From NCBI GenBank assembly GCA_021613535.1, contig CP075492.1, positions 5,952,001 to 6,016,000 on the forward strand: a stretch of DNA of 64,000 bases, in the 5' to 3' direction. The translations under genes were made by a program, and so were the position numbers. Within the stretch, counting starts at the first letter, position 1. Each line of letters opens with the position of its first letter. The DNA is from Adineta vaga (lineage: Eukaryota > Animalia > Rotifera). Below, in pieces: positions 1 through 11,547 of this stretch. The notes under the pieces were generated by a model. The model was not told the DNA's origin. It made no database searches and saw only the letters and a program-made list of their open reading frames with translations.

Positions 1-1709
1 ATGATTACGATTCGGAGTAAACTTGCTGACGTTTGAAGAGAGAAGAAATCATTTAAACCGACACCCGAGTATCACATTTGCATTCCACTGTTCCTATCAT
101 TGAATAACGAAGCAATAACGACAAAAAAAAAGAAAACTTTTTCTTGGTGATGAACGAGAAATGAGAAAAAATCGAGAGGGAGGGATGGAGAGAGAGAGAG
201 AGAACGATGGAAATGGGCACAGTAAGATCTAGCATACATCATCAGCACTTCGTAAGAAAAAGTTTTTCATTTCCGGAATGAAGGACAAGTGCGATGCGTG
301 TGTTCTCATAACCGATCATACCATTATTGAAAGTAGTCGTACTATTGTTTTTCTCTTCTGTGAATGATCTTATTGAAAGATTAAAGTAAAAATATATGTA
401 TTTCTCTTGATTGATATTGAATATGAACCAACCTGTTTAGAAGAAAATTTCATTCAATAAACTAATATGTCTATGTTTAACTTGATCAAACAAGAAAAAT
501 GATAGAAAAGAAATAATCAATATTAATATCTGTTCACATTACTTTCTTTGATTGAATTCTGATGAAGACAGTAACTTAACAAAATAAAAAAAAACGAGAG
601 ATTTGATTCACTTTCGTTTTATTTTCAATAGAATAAAAATGACTTATCCTTTGTGATTCACACCTTCTTTTCACAGAAATGATCTTATTATAAAGTTGAA
701 TCTATATGTGTAACATGACAAGAAAAAAGTCTAATTGCTAATTTCAATCAATAGAACTAAACACATTGATGTGCTTGATGATTGTTGTTAGCTGACGAAA
801 CACGCACGCATTCTATTAGCTTTAGTAGACCGATTTAGTTAGTCTTATCAGTCTTTTCTTTTTCTTTCTTATTCGCATCTTTTTCTTTTCTCTCTATTTG
901 AACTTGTCCTCATGAATAAATAATCAATAAGCTCATCTTGTACTATTGCCGCTTCTTCTTTCTTTTCCCTCTCTCTCTCTCTACTCGTTTTGGTTGATGA
1001 TCATTAGATTGATTTATTAAGACTAAAAGAAAAACTTGAGAAGGAACAAATATTATTCGTTCTGTCATAACAATTGATAACAAAAACTAATAATAATAAG
1101 AAGAAATAAAGATATTCAGTGTCGGTTTTGTTTTGAGAAGCACGCACATTTCAAGTATGTATGCGTACATCCGTTCAATTTATCTGGCTTGTATTCGAAC
1201 TCAAGTGTTATTTTTCCCTTATTGTCACATCATTTGTGACGTTGTCTTCAGATATAATTGGTTCCTTACCTCTTTCGAGTTGTTATTGTTAAATATATCT
1301 ACATGTCTTTTTCTTCTTCTTCTTCTTCTCTATTCATTCAATCGTTATGTCTGAAACCATTCGACATCCCGTTGTTCGTTATCTTGTCTATACGAACGAT
1401 GAATCGACTTCCTTATTGTTGATCATCAGTATCTGATTAGATCAGAACTAAGCATGGGTTCATTGACGCTATTTTTGATATATATATACAGATAAGCATA
1501 TAAAAGTACCGAGTGAAAAAAAGGAAGACGTCATTACACTAAACTGGAAAATGTACACGGTAAATGAAAAAGGATTATGTATTATACTAAGGATCAATAT
1601 GATTCAGAATCAATTATCTTTAAGAATAATCTATAAAAAGCATTAATCCTCACTAAGAAACAACTTTTCTTCTCTCGTCTTTAAAATCATTTTTTTCGAC
1701 TATCTTTTT

Positions 1710-2169
1710 CTCATATATATATATATATATTTATGTCGAACAAACAATTTCTCTTCTTTATTGACAGAAGCAATGTTTCATTGTTCGCTGATTATTATTA
1801 TTACAATATATACATATAATCGTTCGATGTCTTTTGTTATAAGTGAAAATTTTTTCCTGAATTGTCGTTTAGTTTAAGCAATATTGATGATTTGTCTATC
1901 AATGTCAAAGAATAAAAAGTAATATTCATTTCTTGTGAAGAGAAGATTTTATCTGACAATAGTACAAGAAATTTCTTTGAGCAAAGCATACAGTCACACA
2001 AAAAGAGATAGCGAAAAAAAAAAGAAGAACTGTTTTCATCAAAGCAAATAAATTAAACAAAAAAGAATAATAAATCCGTATCCGTGGTTTAAATAACCAA
2101 CGGCTATAAACAAAAACAAGTTTCATTGCTTATAATAATTAATCATATTACATTTGTTGCTGTTGTAAA
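1710..2169. repeat. Direct repeat copy 1 (~460 bp): duplicate of the last codons and 3' UTR of the FLYWCH gene
   Basis: Near-identical to 2445-2905 (ctcatatat...gtcgaacaaacaatttctcttc ... catttgttgctgttgtaaa). Differs by a few substitutions and microsatellite lengths. Confidence 0.95.
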
Positions 2170-2444
2170 AGTTCTATTAGTGATAAAAATTTCAGCCTTT
2201 AATCTCGTTCCGTTCAAGGGAAATTTACATTATACTGAAAAATGTAGAGTAACGTTTTTCAATAAAATAACGTTTTTTATGATACATTTACATTGAGTAA
2301 GTCGTATCTCAGCTAATATGCGGTAAAGTGTTGGGAAATTTTTTGTGTAGCACAGGCATAGAGTATAATAAAATGCACTGATCAGAAATTGTCTGGGTCT
2401 ACTTTCAGTTTTTCACACCAATTGTACAAAAAAGTTGCAATTCA

Positions 2445-2905
2445 CTCATATATCTATATATTTGTGTCGAACAAACAATTTCTCTTCTTTATTGACAGAA
2501 GAAATGTTTCATTGTTCGTTGATTATTATTATTACAATATATACATATAATCGTTCGATGTCTTTTGTTATAAGTGAAAATTTTTCCTGAATTGTCGTTT
2601 AGTTTAAGCAATATTGATGATTTGTCTATCAATGTCAAAGAATAAAAAGTAATATTCATTTCTTGTGAAGAGAAGATTTTATCTGACAATAGTACAAGAA
2701 ATTTCTTTGAGCAAAGCATACAGTCACACAAAAAGAGAGAGAGAGAGAGCGAAAAAAAAAGAAGAACTGTTTTCATCAAAGCAAATAAATTAAACAAAAA
2801 AGAATAATAAATCCGTATCCGTGGTTTAAATAACCAACGGCTATAAACAAAAACAAGTTTCATTGCTTATAATCGTAATCATATTACATTTGTTGCTGTT
2901 GTAAA
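2445..2905. repeat. Direct repeat copy 2 (~460 bp)
   Basis: Matches 1710-2169. Overlaps the stop codon of the FLYWCH gene. Confidence 0.95.
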
Positions 2906-3610
2906 CTGGATAATATCGATGCATAAGCACACATAAACATATAATTTTGTGCTAAAAGATAATTATATGGATATGTCGTTAAAGAAGAATATTTTCGTCG
3001 TTTTTCATCTTGATTATCAGTATCAATTGTTAATGGACGTTTTTTTGGTGGTAAAGATTTACAATCAGTTGGTATTGTTGGACATTTCTGGCTACGTTGT
3101 CGATGACGATATAAAGTTGATTTAATTGATGTAAATGTTGGTAGATGTTCACGTATTTCAATCGAATGTTCTTTGATCGATCGTTCTAATTCTTCATCAT
3201 AGATTCTTGGTATAGTTACGGTATCTTCAGCAGCACGTTTTTTTAAACGTGATAAAAATTCTTGTTGAGGATCAACATGTAATGTTCGTCCATGTAGATG
3301 TCCATCATTGCGACGTACAACACGATCACCATATGTTCGTACACTGGCACTACATAATTCACTGGAGAGAAAATGAAAAATTCTTTTTTTTTTCTTTCGT
3401 AAATTAAATGAAACTAAACTTACTGTGTACAAGTCCATGACATTGAACCATCGAGATTATCACGTCGATGTTTGTAACGATGACCGTCAAGTATAATACA
3501 TGGTTTACCTTTTTGTGTTGTTTTAAAAATAAATGACGATGAATTTAATAGATCTGATTCTTGTTTAATAGGTTTTTGATTTGATGCTAATTCAGCAAGA
3601 ACATCAAGAC
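2884..3610 (-). CDS. FLYWCH-type zinc finger protein (at least 2 exons; 5' end uncertain)
   Basis: Splicing across the GT-AG intron at ~3363-3423 gives FKTTQKGKPCIILDGHRYKHRRDNLDGSMSWTC-x-ELCSASVRT...HLH, a FLYWCH pattern. The downstream PTFTSIKSTLYRHR segment resembles what follows FLYWCH in Mutator-like proteins. Confidence 0.75.
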
Positions 3611-4354
3611 TAAATATTAAATTTTAACTTTCTAGAAAATACATATCGTGTCTTTCTTCTTTTGTCCTTACTTATTCATTGGATATGTTTCGAGATGTAT
3701 GGAAAATGAAAGAATGATTTCGTCTTTTATGCGGCATGTCTATATATATATACACAGATGTATGTGTATAGATATGTATAGATCGAAATATTCTATCGAA
3801 TCATTCGATGTGACTGTCTCCATGTGCGTTCCGAAATATCAAGGGTTTTACTATTATAATAGACTTATTGTATCATGAAGTTTAATAAGAGAAGAAGGAG
3901 AAGAAAAATGTAGAAACGAAAGAAAAGAGAAATTTTGTACGAAAAATAGATCTATGTTCTTCTGTAACAAATAGGAAATAGATTTATTTATTGAGCTTTT
4001 AAACCATAGTTCTTTTTCATCAAAGTGAATCGAAAGTCTTTGTCCAGAATTTAATGTCTCATCGAATAAACAAGTATTTGGATATCAAAATGATCTTTCA
4101 TAACTATAAATCAATTATCTCTAAACAACATAAATATGTGAACTTTTCGTTTACTTCAATTTTCTTAAACTGACTTGTAATAGAATGTAAGACTCTGAGT
4201 TAAAATATAGTTTAATCACGACTAGCATTATGTTTATTGTTTTTTAAGCTAATAAAATCACATAGACATTTATTTTCTGTTTCATATCCTTGATTATATA
4301 CAGATCACAAAAGAAAAAGACCAATAACAGAAAGAAAAAAAGTAGGAAATATTT

Positions 4355-5472
4355 CTATTTCTTTGGTTTTGGTTTCATCTCTTCGAAACATTGTCGTAAA
4401 AGAATAGAATTCTTTTTTGTTTGAACATTTCCTTCATGTCCTTTATGCCAATCGTATGAACTTGCATAAGCAAATAATTGTCCACGTGCATCAAAAGCAC
4501 AACATGAAATTGGTTGATCATTGATAGCATCACTTGTTTTTAATTTTGTACGTTCATCTTTATCCCAAAAACTATATCGACCATCACTACCAACTGTTGC
4601 TAATGTTCCATGAGCGGGATGAAAAGCAATATCATTAACTGAAAATATATCTTGAGTATTTGCAGGTGCTGCTGGAGTTGAACGATGACATTTAAAAGTG
4701 AAATTATCCACACTTGGATTTGCAGCTTCGACATACATGATGGCAACACGACCTTCAATTGAACCAACAGCAAATCCGGCTGGATTTCGAGATTTATCTG
4801 TAAATATTGATACACAACGATGTTGATATTTAAGTAATGATTCCATTTTTTTATATTCAGTTGGTCCTGGATCAAGTGCATATATTTGAATTCCACGATC
4901 AGCTGTCGTTATAACAGCCATTGGACCGAGAACATCAGCAGCATAAACACGTTCATTGAGTTGTAATTGTTTTAATGGTGTTGGTTGACGTGTATCCCAA
5001 AATTTCACTAAAAATTAAGCAAGAATCAATCATTTTCTCTTGAAATCTATTGATTTGCTTCTACTTTACCAGTTCGATCCCAACTTCCTGTCATAACACA
5101 TGTATAAGATGGTCGTTGAATATAATGTATTGTTCTTATTGGTTGATCATGTGCTGCTATTTGAACAAATGTATTTGCTTGTAAATCCCACATTTTTGCT
5201 GTTTTATCGCAACTAGCTGTAAATACTTTCGAACCATCTTCTGACCAACAACAACTTAATATAGGTGCATCATGTTTTTGCATTGCTTTTGCAACTGATT
5301 GACCATTAGGTTGAATTTCCCAACATCGTATATCATTTGCCCATGAACTTGCAATAAGATATGTTTGTTGAACTGATGCTGGAGAAAATTTCATACATGA
5401 AATTGCATCATCAGGTGGCTGAGCAACTTCGACATCTTTTTGAGCAGCTGGAGTCGTTAAACCACCGAACAT
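4355..5472 (-). CDS. RAE1: mRNA export factor Rae1 (WD40), 2 exons, intron 5008-5069
   Basis: [20 protein letters not shown]|[35 protein letters not shown]. Confidence 0.96.
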
Positions 5473-5483
5473 AGTAATATAAT

Positions 5484-6470
5484 CTAGAACGAAGAAAGAG
5501 TTTTCAAAGATGGAAATTTATGTCTCCATAGATTCCAAATAAGCCAAGGATTTCTTTGATGAAGAATTTTATTTGTTAGATCAAAGTCGACTGTTTTTAT
5601 ACATTTTAAATAATCATATATAATAATAATTGGTAAAAATAAACTACGATTTGATTTGGGAAAATTTTTATCTTGTTCCAACAATTCAACACTTTTTTGT
5701 AAATGAAAACAAGATCGATTGCATAATTGATAAATAATCTGGCGAAATTGTTCAGTCGAAAATTGTCCATTAAATATATCTTGCTGAGAAATATTCTGTT
5801 CAACAAGATATGAAAGAGGAATAAAACAACGACGTTTCTGTGCATTATACGACACACCACGAACAATATTAATAAGACCTTGAGATCGGCCTAAAGAAAA
5901 CAAAATTGAACTGACTTATGTTTTTTTGTCATAGTTACCTAAATGTGAAGCGATATGATCGGCATTCAATGATCGTTGTTTAGCTAATTCTAAGAGAAGA
6001 TAATAGGTTGGTGTAATTGATTGTTCTAAATAATTTTCTAATTGTTCAATATCAGCAAATGGCATATCATTCAATGTAATTTCTCGACTTTTAATTAAAC
6101 GATGAAACCATAATTTCGACAATTCATTATATCGTAGAGCAAGATCAATTTCTCGTGCTACGGGATGATTAATTTTTCGATTTGTATTCTTACTAGTTGA
6201 TGCATCGATTGTATCTCGCCAAAATTGAAGTCTCATTTGTCCAATATTTGTATTAGATACTTGGTCACGTATAGAAGCAAGTTCAACATTCAATGCTCGA
6301 ATAGCCATTGCTGATCGTTGTAATGTAGATGGTCGTACTAAACCTGTACATAAGAAATTTTCATAATCACTTTTACGTACACTATTGATACAATAAGTAT
6401 AATCGTCGACGATAGGTTTTTGTACGGTTTTACTTATTGATGAAACATAACGAACAGATCGAAGAATCAT
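5484..6470 (-). CDS. NDUFAF6: Complex I assembly factor 6 (squalene/phytoene synthase fold), 2 exons, intron 5891-5938
   Basis: [56 protein letters not shown]|RSQG. Confidence 0.9.
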
Positions 6471-6513
6471 TTAATAATTACAATAGAAATATCTGGAAAA
6501 AAAAGTAAAGTCT

Positions 6514-6855
6514 TTAAAATGTTGTTTTATTCCAACCCATCATATTTCCTGGCATATTCGTAAATTTTATGTAAATACGAGTTGTTTTAATTGACAATTT
6601 CTCTTCAAAAAAATTCATAATTTCTTTACTAATGGTCGCTGTTTGATTAGCTGATAAACCAATTGAAGCTAATTCCATAATTGCAGCTGGATCATTTGTA
6701 CCTGCGAAGAAAAGTTTCTGACCACCAGAGACATGAATGACAACATATTGTTCAGGTTTGCCAACCGTTTCAGCTACTTTAACACTCAATTGTTTGAGAA
6801 ACTCATCTGTAATTTGATTTTCAGCGATGTTCGTTTGTACGGTTAAATAGGGCAT
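6514..6855 (-). CDS. MIF: Macrophage migration inhibitory factor / tautomerase family
   Basis: N-terminal catalytic Pro (MPYLTVQTN), GKPEQYV, LASIG, RIYIKF, MGWNKTTF; 113 aa. Confidence 0.93.
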   Translation of the reverse strand: MPYLTVQTNIAENQITDEFLKQLSVKVAETVGKPEQYVVIHVSGGQKLFFAGTNDPAAIMELASIGLSANQTATISKEIMNFFEEKLSIKTTRIYIKFTNMPGNMMGWNKTTF

Positions 6856-7191
6856 TTTCCCCCTAATTTCAAACTTCAGTGTAATAATATGTGTTTTTCT
6901 TTTTTGGTTTATAGAAACAATGAATCATCTGTCTTGATGAAAGTCTAATCAAAGAGGCAGGAGAATGTAACATGCAGAGGTCGATAGTTGGTGGACTGAC
7001 AAAACAATATAATGTTGTTTTTTGACATTAGTGATCATATAGGAAACTTTGATCTTTGTTCAATTTAAAAATAACTTTCTTTTTCAAATAATAAAATTCT
7101 GTTTCTTTTTATAAATACATAAAGAATTTCGATAGAGACAGACAAAGACAGAAAATAAAGTTAATTTAAACAAGGAAAAAAGAATCATATT

Positions 7192-8103
7192 TCATGTACG
7201 TTTTTCAATGAGACATATATGAAGAAAATTGTCTGGATAAGAAAAATTTTCGCTTAACCATTGTAATGGCGTATGAAGTGGTGGTTGAACACCATGAATA
7301 ATCACTTGATAATCATCAATATTCGTGTTTAAAATGCGTTTTTCATTAGCCGTCAATTCACATTGTGCTTCATGATTTACAGAGAATTGAAGTAAATCAT
7401 ACAATGTCAATGCTTTGCCTTCGTCAACATCAAATGGTGAAAATAATTTTTGCATAAATGGTTTATCCATGATATAAATTCGATATGGAATATATCGGAA
7501 ATATTGTAAATTTTCTGTATATGCCATTAATTTACTATTTATATTCCAAAAACCTTCGTATTTGTCCTGCAATAATGAATTCCACAGTTGTTTGTGATCG
7601 CGTTCCTGCATATCACCTATAATTTGACCTTTATGTTTTAAAGCATCAGCCTCTTTTAATGTCGACATGTAATATGCTTTGATAGATTCTTTGTCAGGAA
7701 AACGTATAAGTTCACCTTCAGGAAATTTACTTAAATGCACTGTTATTTGCCATGGTAAACGTGCCGATGTCGAAGCTACTGATGCAGCATATAAATCATA
7801 AAGTACACCAATTGGATAATGCCATTTTAACGGAATACTTTCATATTCTAACCATAAATTCGATAGATTTATATTATTTGATGTATCATTAAGATTTTCT
7901 TTAAAATAGATTGAATAATAACGATGAATTTTCTCAATAACACATGGAAAATATATATGACGTGCAAGCATTAAATACAATGGTTCAGGTAATTCCGATC
8001 GATTCACTTTACTGATGTCTTCATCGGATAAGATGAAACATATCGGTAAACGTGATTGCCAAAGTTCTCGAACTATGTCTTTATCATCTACTGATGAACT
8101 CAT
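7192..8103 (-). CDS. ATG5: Autophagy protein 5 (intronless CDS)
   Basis: IVRELWQSRLP, PLKWHYPIGVLYDL, LPWQITVH, KEADALKH, TPLQWLSENFSYPDNFLHI. The likely ATG at 8103 follows TTTTTTCAG. Confidence 0.96.
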   Translation of the reverse strand: MSSSVDDKDIVRELWQSRLPICFILSDEDISKVNRSELPEPLYLMLARHIYFPCVIEKIHRYYSIYFKENLNDTSNNINLSNLWLEYESIPLKWHYPIGVLYDLYAASVASTSARLPWQITVHLSKFPEGELIRFPDKESIKAYYMSTLKEADALKHKGQIIGDMQERDHKQLWNSLLQDKYEGFWNINSKLMAYTENLQYFRYIPYRIYIMDKPFMQKLFSPFDVDEGKALTLYDLLQFSVNHEAQCELTANEKRILNTNIDDYQVIIHGVQPPLHTPLQWLSENFSYPDNFLHICLIEKRT

Positions 8104-8257
8104 CTGAAAAAACATATGTATATATATATATGTGATTGTAAAAGCAGTTCAATTCGTTTTTTTTTATATAGAAAAACAAGCAAATCGTGTAACAAAAGGA
8201 TTAAAAAAACAATTCAGGATAATAATAATAATAATAATAACAATAGCAATAACAATA

Positions 8258-9912
8258 CTAATTAAGCTGTAAAAAATGCATAAATTCTTTTCGATTATCA
8301 CTAGTCGATCGAGTTGGTCGACCTAAATTTTTCCGATGACCAGCTTTAACTCGAAGTTCAAGTAAAACTGGACCATCATCTTTGATTGCACGAAGTTTTG
8401 TCATTGCTTCTTTGATTTCATTCTCATTCGTTGCTATCATGACATGTTTATAGCCACAACCTTGAGCTATTTTACTAAAAGAAAATTGATTATAATTGCC
8501 AGCTACTGTTGGTTGACCACCGACACTATCATGAGTACCATTATTAAAAATAATATGTTTTAAATTGGATGGATTCGTTGCGGCAATATTTGCTAAAACA
8601 CCCATATGCATTAGAACAGCACCATCACCGTCCAAACAGAACACCTGAAGAATTATTTCTTTTTATTGATTTAATGACATTCAAGGGAAGATACATACAG
8701 TTCGATTTGGTTTTTGTAGAGCAATACCTAAAGCAATTGATGATGCATGACCCATTCCACCGACAGTTAAGAAATCACGTTCATGTCCATCACCTCGTTT
8801 CATTCGAAGTTCGAATAATTCTCGACTAAGCATTCCCGTTGTACCAACAACAATATCACGATGATGAAATTGTTGACTAATACATTGTAATGCTTCTTCA
8901 CGTGTGAAACATAGTCTAAATTTATATGCGATACAAATTGTTCGTTTACATGTCAAATGTGATAAATTGTTACCCTGCTTCTTCCTCAGCACTCTTTTTC
9001 GGTAAAGAATAGGGTAAAAATGTTTGACGTTTGACCAATAATGCGTAAGGACCTCTAGCGGTCTCCATATAACGTTTTGCAGTTTCAAGAGATTGCGCTG
9101 CACCTTCATGATAATCCGGTAAAACTTGGAATGGAATGTTCATTGCCGCTAAAACAACGATAGAATAGATTGTAATAGTAGAAAATGAATTTCTTACCAA
9201 GAATACCAGGCGTTGCAGGACCTTGAATACGATGTTGTGGTTCATCTCGTTTACCTGGCTCACCACGCCAACCAATCAATAATAACATGGGTAAGTTATA
9301 AACACCTGGTGCTGCAAGAGATAGGATCGGGTTCACAATATTGCCAATACCAGAATTCTAAATACTCAAACAACAATTCGCATTTTCATTTTTCTTTTTC
9401 GAAGAAAATTACTTGTAAATAAACTAATGATGGTTGTCCCGTTGCCATATATGATCCGCATGCAAGACTAACAGCTGAACCTTCGTTAACAGTAATTTGA
9501 TGATGACTAGGTGGAACATTTTTCGTAACATAAGCACAAAAATCTAAATAAATGAAAATGACTTTACGAATACGTAAATAGCTTTTCTTTTACCTTTGAG
9601 CAATGAATCAGGTACACCACAAAAGAAATCAATACCACAGATTGTTTTCAGTTGACGAAAGAATTCAGCTGGATCAAGAAAATCTCGTACTAATTCTGGC
9701 ATATCTTGAACCTCGGCATTTCGTTTCTGTTGTTGTTGAACTTGCTAGAAATTTAAAGCAAATTATAGATTAGTCACAAATGAATGTCTTACTTCTTCGA
9801 CACTTTGTAATTGGCATGATGATAATTGAATTGTTCGTCGTTGTTGGTTCAAATATGTATTTGAAAAACGAACTTCAACTTGTTGAAACAAAGCACTCAG
9901 AACCCTCTTCAT
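8258..9912 (-). CDS. Phosphonopyruvate decarboxylase (ThDP-dependent, AepY/Ppd family), 7 exons, putative mitochondrial presequence
   Basis: Spliced product: [11 protein letters not shown]|[20 protein letters not shown]|[85 protein letters not shown]. Confidence 0.92.
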
Positions 9913-10209
9913 ATCTTAAAAACAAAAAGAAGAATGAAAATTGCATTCACATTTCTTTTTATACTAATGGAAGAATTTATAAGGACATTATTATTCGTCT
10001 TTCATTAGACAATCATGTAAAAAAACCTGAGTTTCTGACACTAGCAAACAAAATGCATCGAAAGAAGAAGAAAAAGATATGAAAATATTCGCTCATTAAA
10101 CACACAGTACGCACATAAACGTACATCATATTTTGCAGTTAAAGAATGCAAAAGAAAAACGAAAATTTATGCTAAACTACAGAAAACAAAATCCCAAGAA
10201 AATAATTTT

Positions 10210-11547
10210 CTATAATGTCATTTTTTCGGTTCCATTGCCTTCTTGGTCATTAGTAAATGATGCTTTTTCAATTCGCATAACTAATGGTGTATGTGTTTGT
10301 TCTAATTTTTCTTCAAGCTCTTCTGCAAATACCACAGGAATGCCTAAGAAAACAATTAAGAAATATGAGTGAAGAATAAGAAGATCTATGTTACTTACCT
10401 TTTGATATATATTGTTTTTGATCTTTTAGTGAATGTTTTTTTCTATAGATTTCTTGTTGTTGTCGATGTTTTCGATAGGAATAATTATCATAAAGATATT
10501 TATTATTCGGACTACCTGATGGACCACTTGGTAATAATAATGTTGATGATGAGGATGATCGTCGATTACAACAGAGACAAAATGCAATTATTGTACATAT
10601 GAATAACCCAATTAAAATGATTGCAAGAGGAACAATCACAAGTGGTTGATACAATTGATCAAGAAAGATTAGATTATTGATTGGAGGAGATAATGTTCGA
10701 TTTGTTAGTAATCGTGGTTGAATGGTCATAACTGCTTTTTTCATTTCAAACATTCCAATTGTCGTTGTAGTTGGATGTGATAATCGAAGAATAGATATTT
10801 CAAGTAATGGTAAAGGAAAAGATGAAAGTAATTGTAAACGTTTCAAATAATAATAATTAATTAAGGTTTTTATTTGATATGCAAGATCTTTAGTTGAATA
10901 TAAATCACATGAAAAATAAACTTTGATCATTGAACCATTGATTTTATGTATAGTTATTAATGATTCACTTAAATTTAAAGCTAAAGATAATGTTCGTACA
11001 ACATAATAACGATTTAATAGAGAAGAATTATAATTTGTTGACGAGAGATTAAATAATGCAAGAAGAAGATGATCCGATGGAGAAAATAATGATGATGAAG
11101 GTGCAAAATCAAATTTTAATTTCATTTTCATTGAATTCGGATTTTCAAATTGAATTTCAAATGGTCCATATGTATCACCAAATAATGGCAAAGCATATAA
11201 TGTTCCATTTTCAATTGCAAACCAAACTTTCTTTTCTGGTTCAATATGAACTACACGTGTATTATTAATATTCAATGAACGTTGATAAAGTTTATTATAA
11301 ACTACATTGGCAGTAAATTCCTATAAAAAGAAAGATCATTGATTTTTATCAAAAAACAAAATGAATGTCATAAAAATAGTTTTACTAGTGAGGATGACAT
11401 ATGGCGACGAGCATGGTGATTGGTAAATCTTACCTAAAATATAGAATAGTTAGAAGAAGAAGAAAAAAAAGATAATCAAAATTTATTAACCATTTCTGTT
11501 AATATTGGACAGAAGATAAAGAAGAGGAGAAACGTTTTGAATAGCAT
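10210..11547 (-). CDS. Dystroglycan-like type I membrane protein (4 exons)
   Basis: Signal peptide MLFKTFLLFFIFCPILTE, one TM helix (PLVIVPLAIILIGLFICTIIAFCLCC), and tail YISKG|IPVVFAEELEE...TPLVMRIEK resembling dystroglycan KGVPIIFADELDD...PLILQEEK. Confidence 0.6.

Noticed and set aside
1926-2863. Two ORFs starting MKLVFVYSRWLF as paralogous genes
   Set aside because: They lie in the duplicated 3' UTR, run through microsatellites and diverge by frameshift.
8258-9912. Bacterial contamination suggested by the Ppd gene
   Set aside because: It has six spliceosomal introns, host-like composition and animal neighbours.
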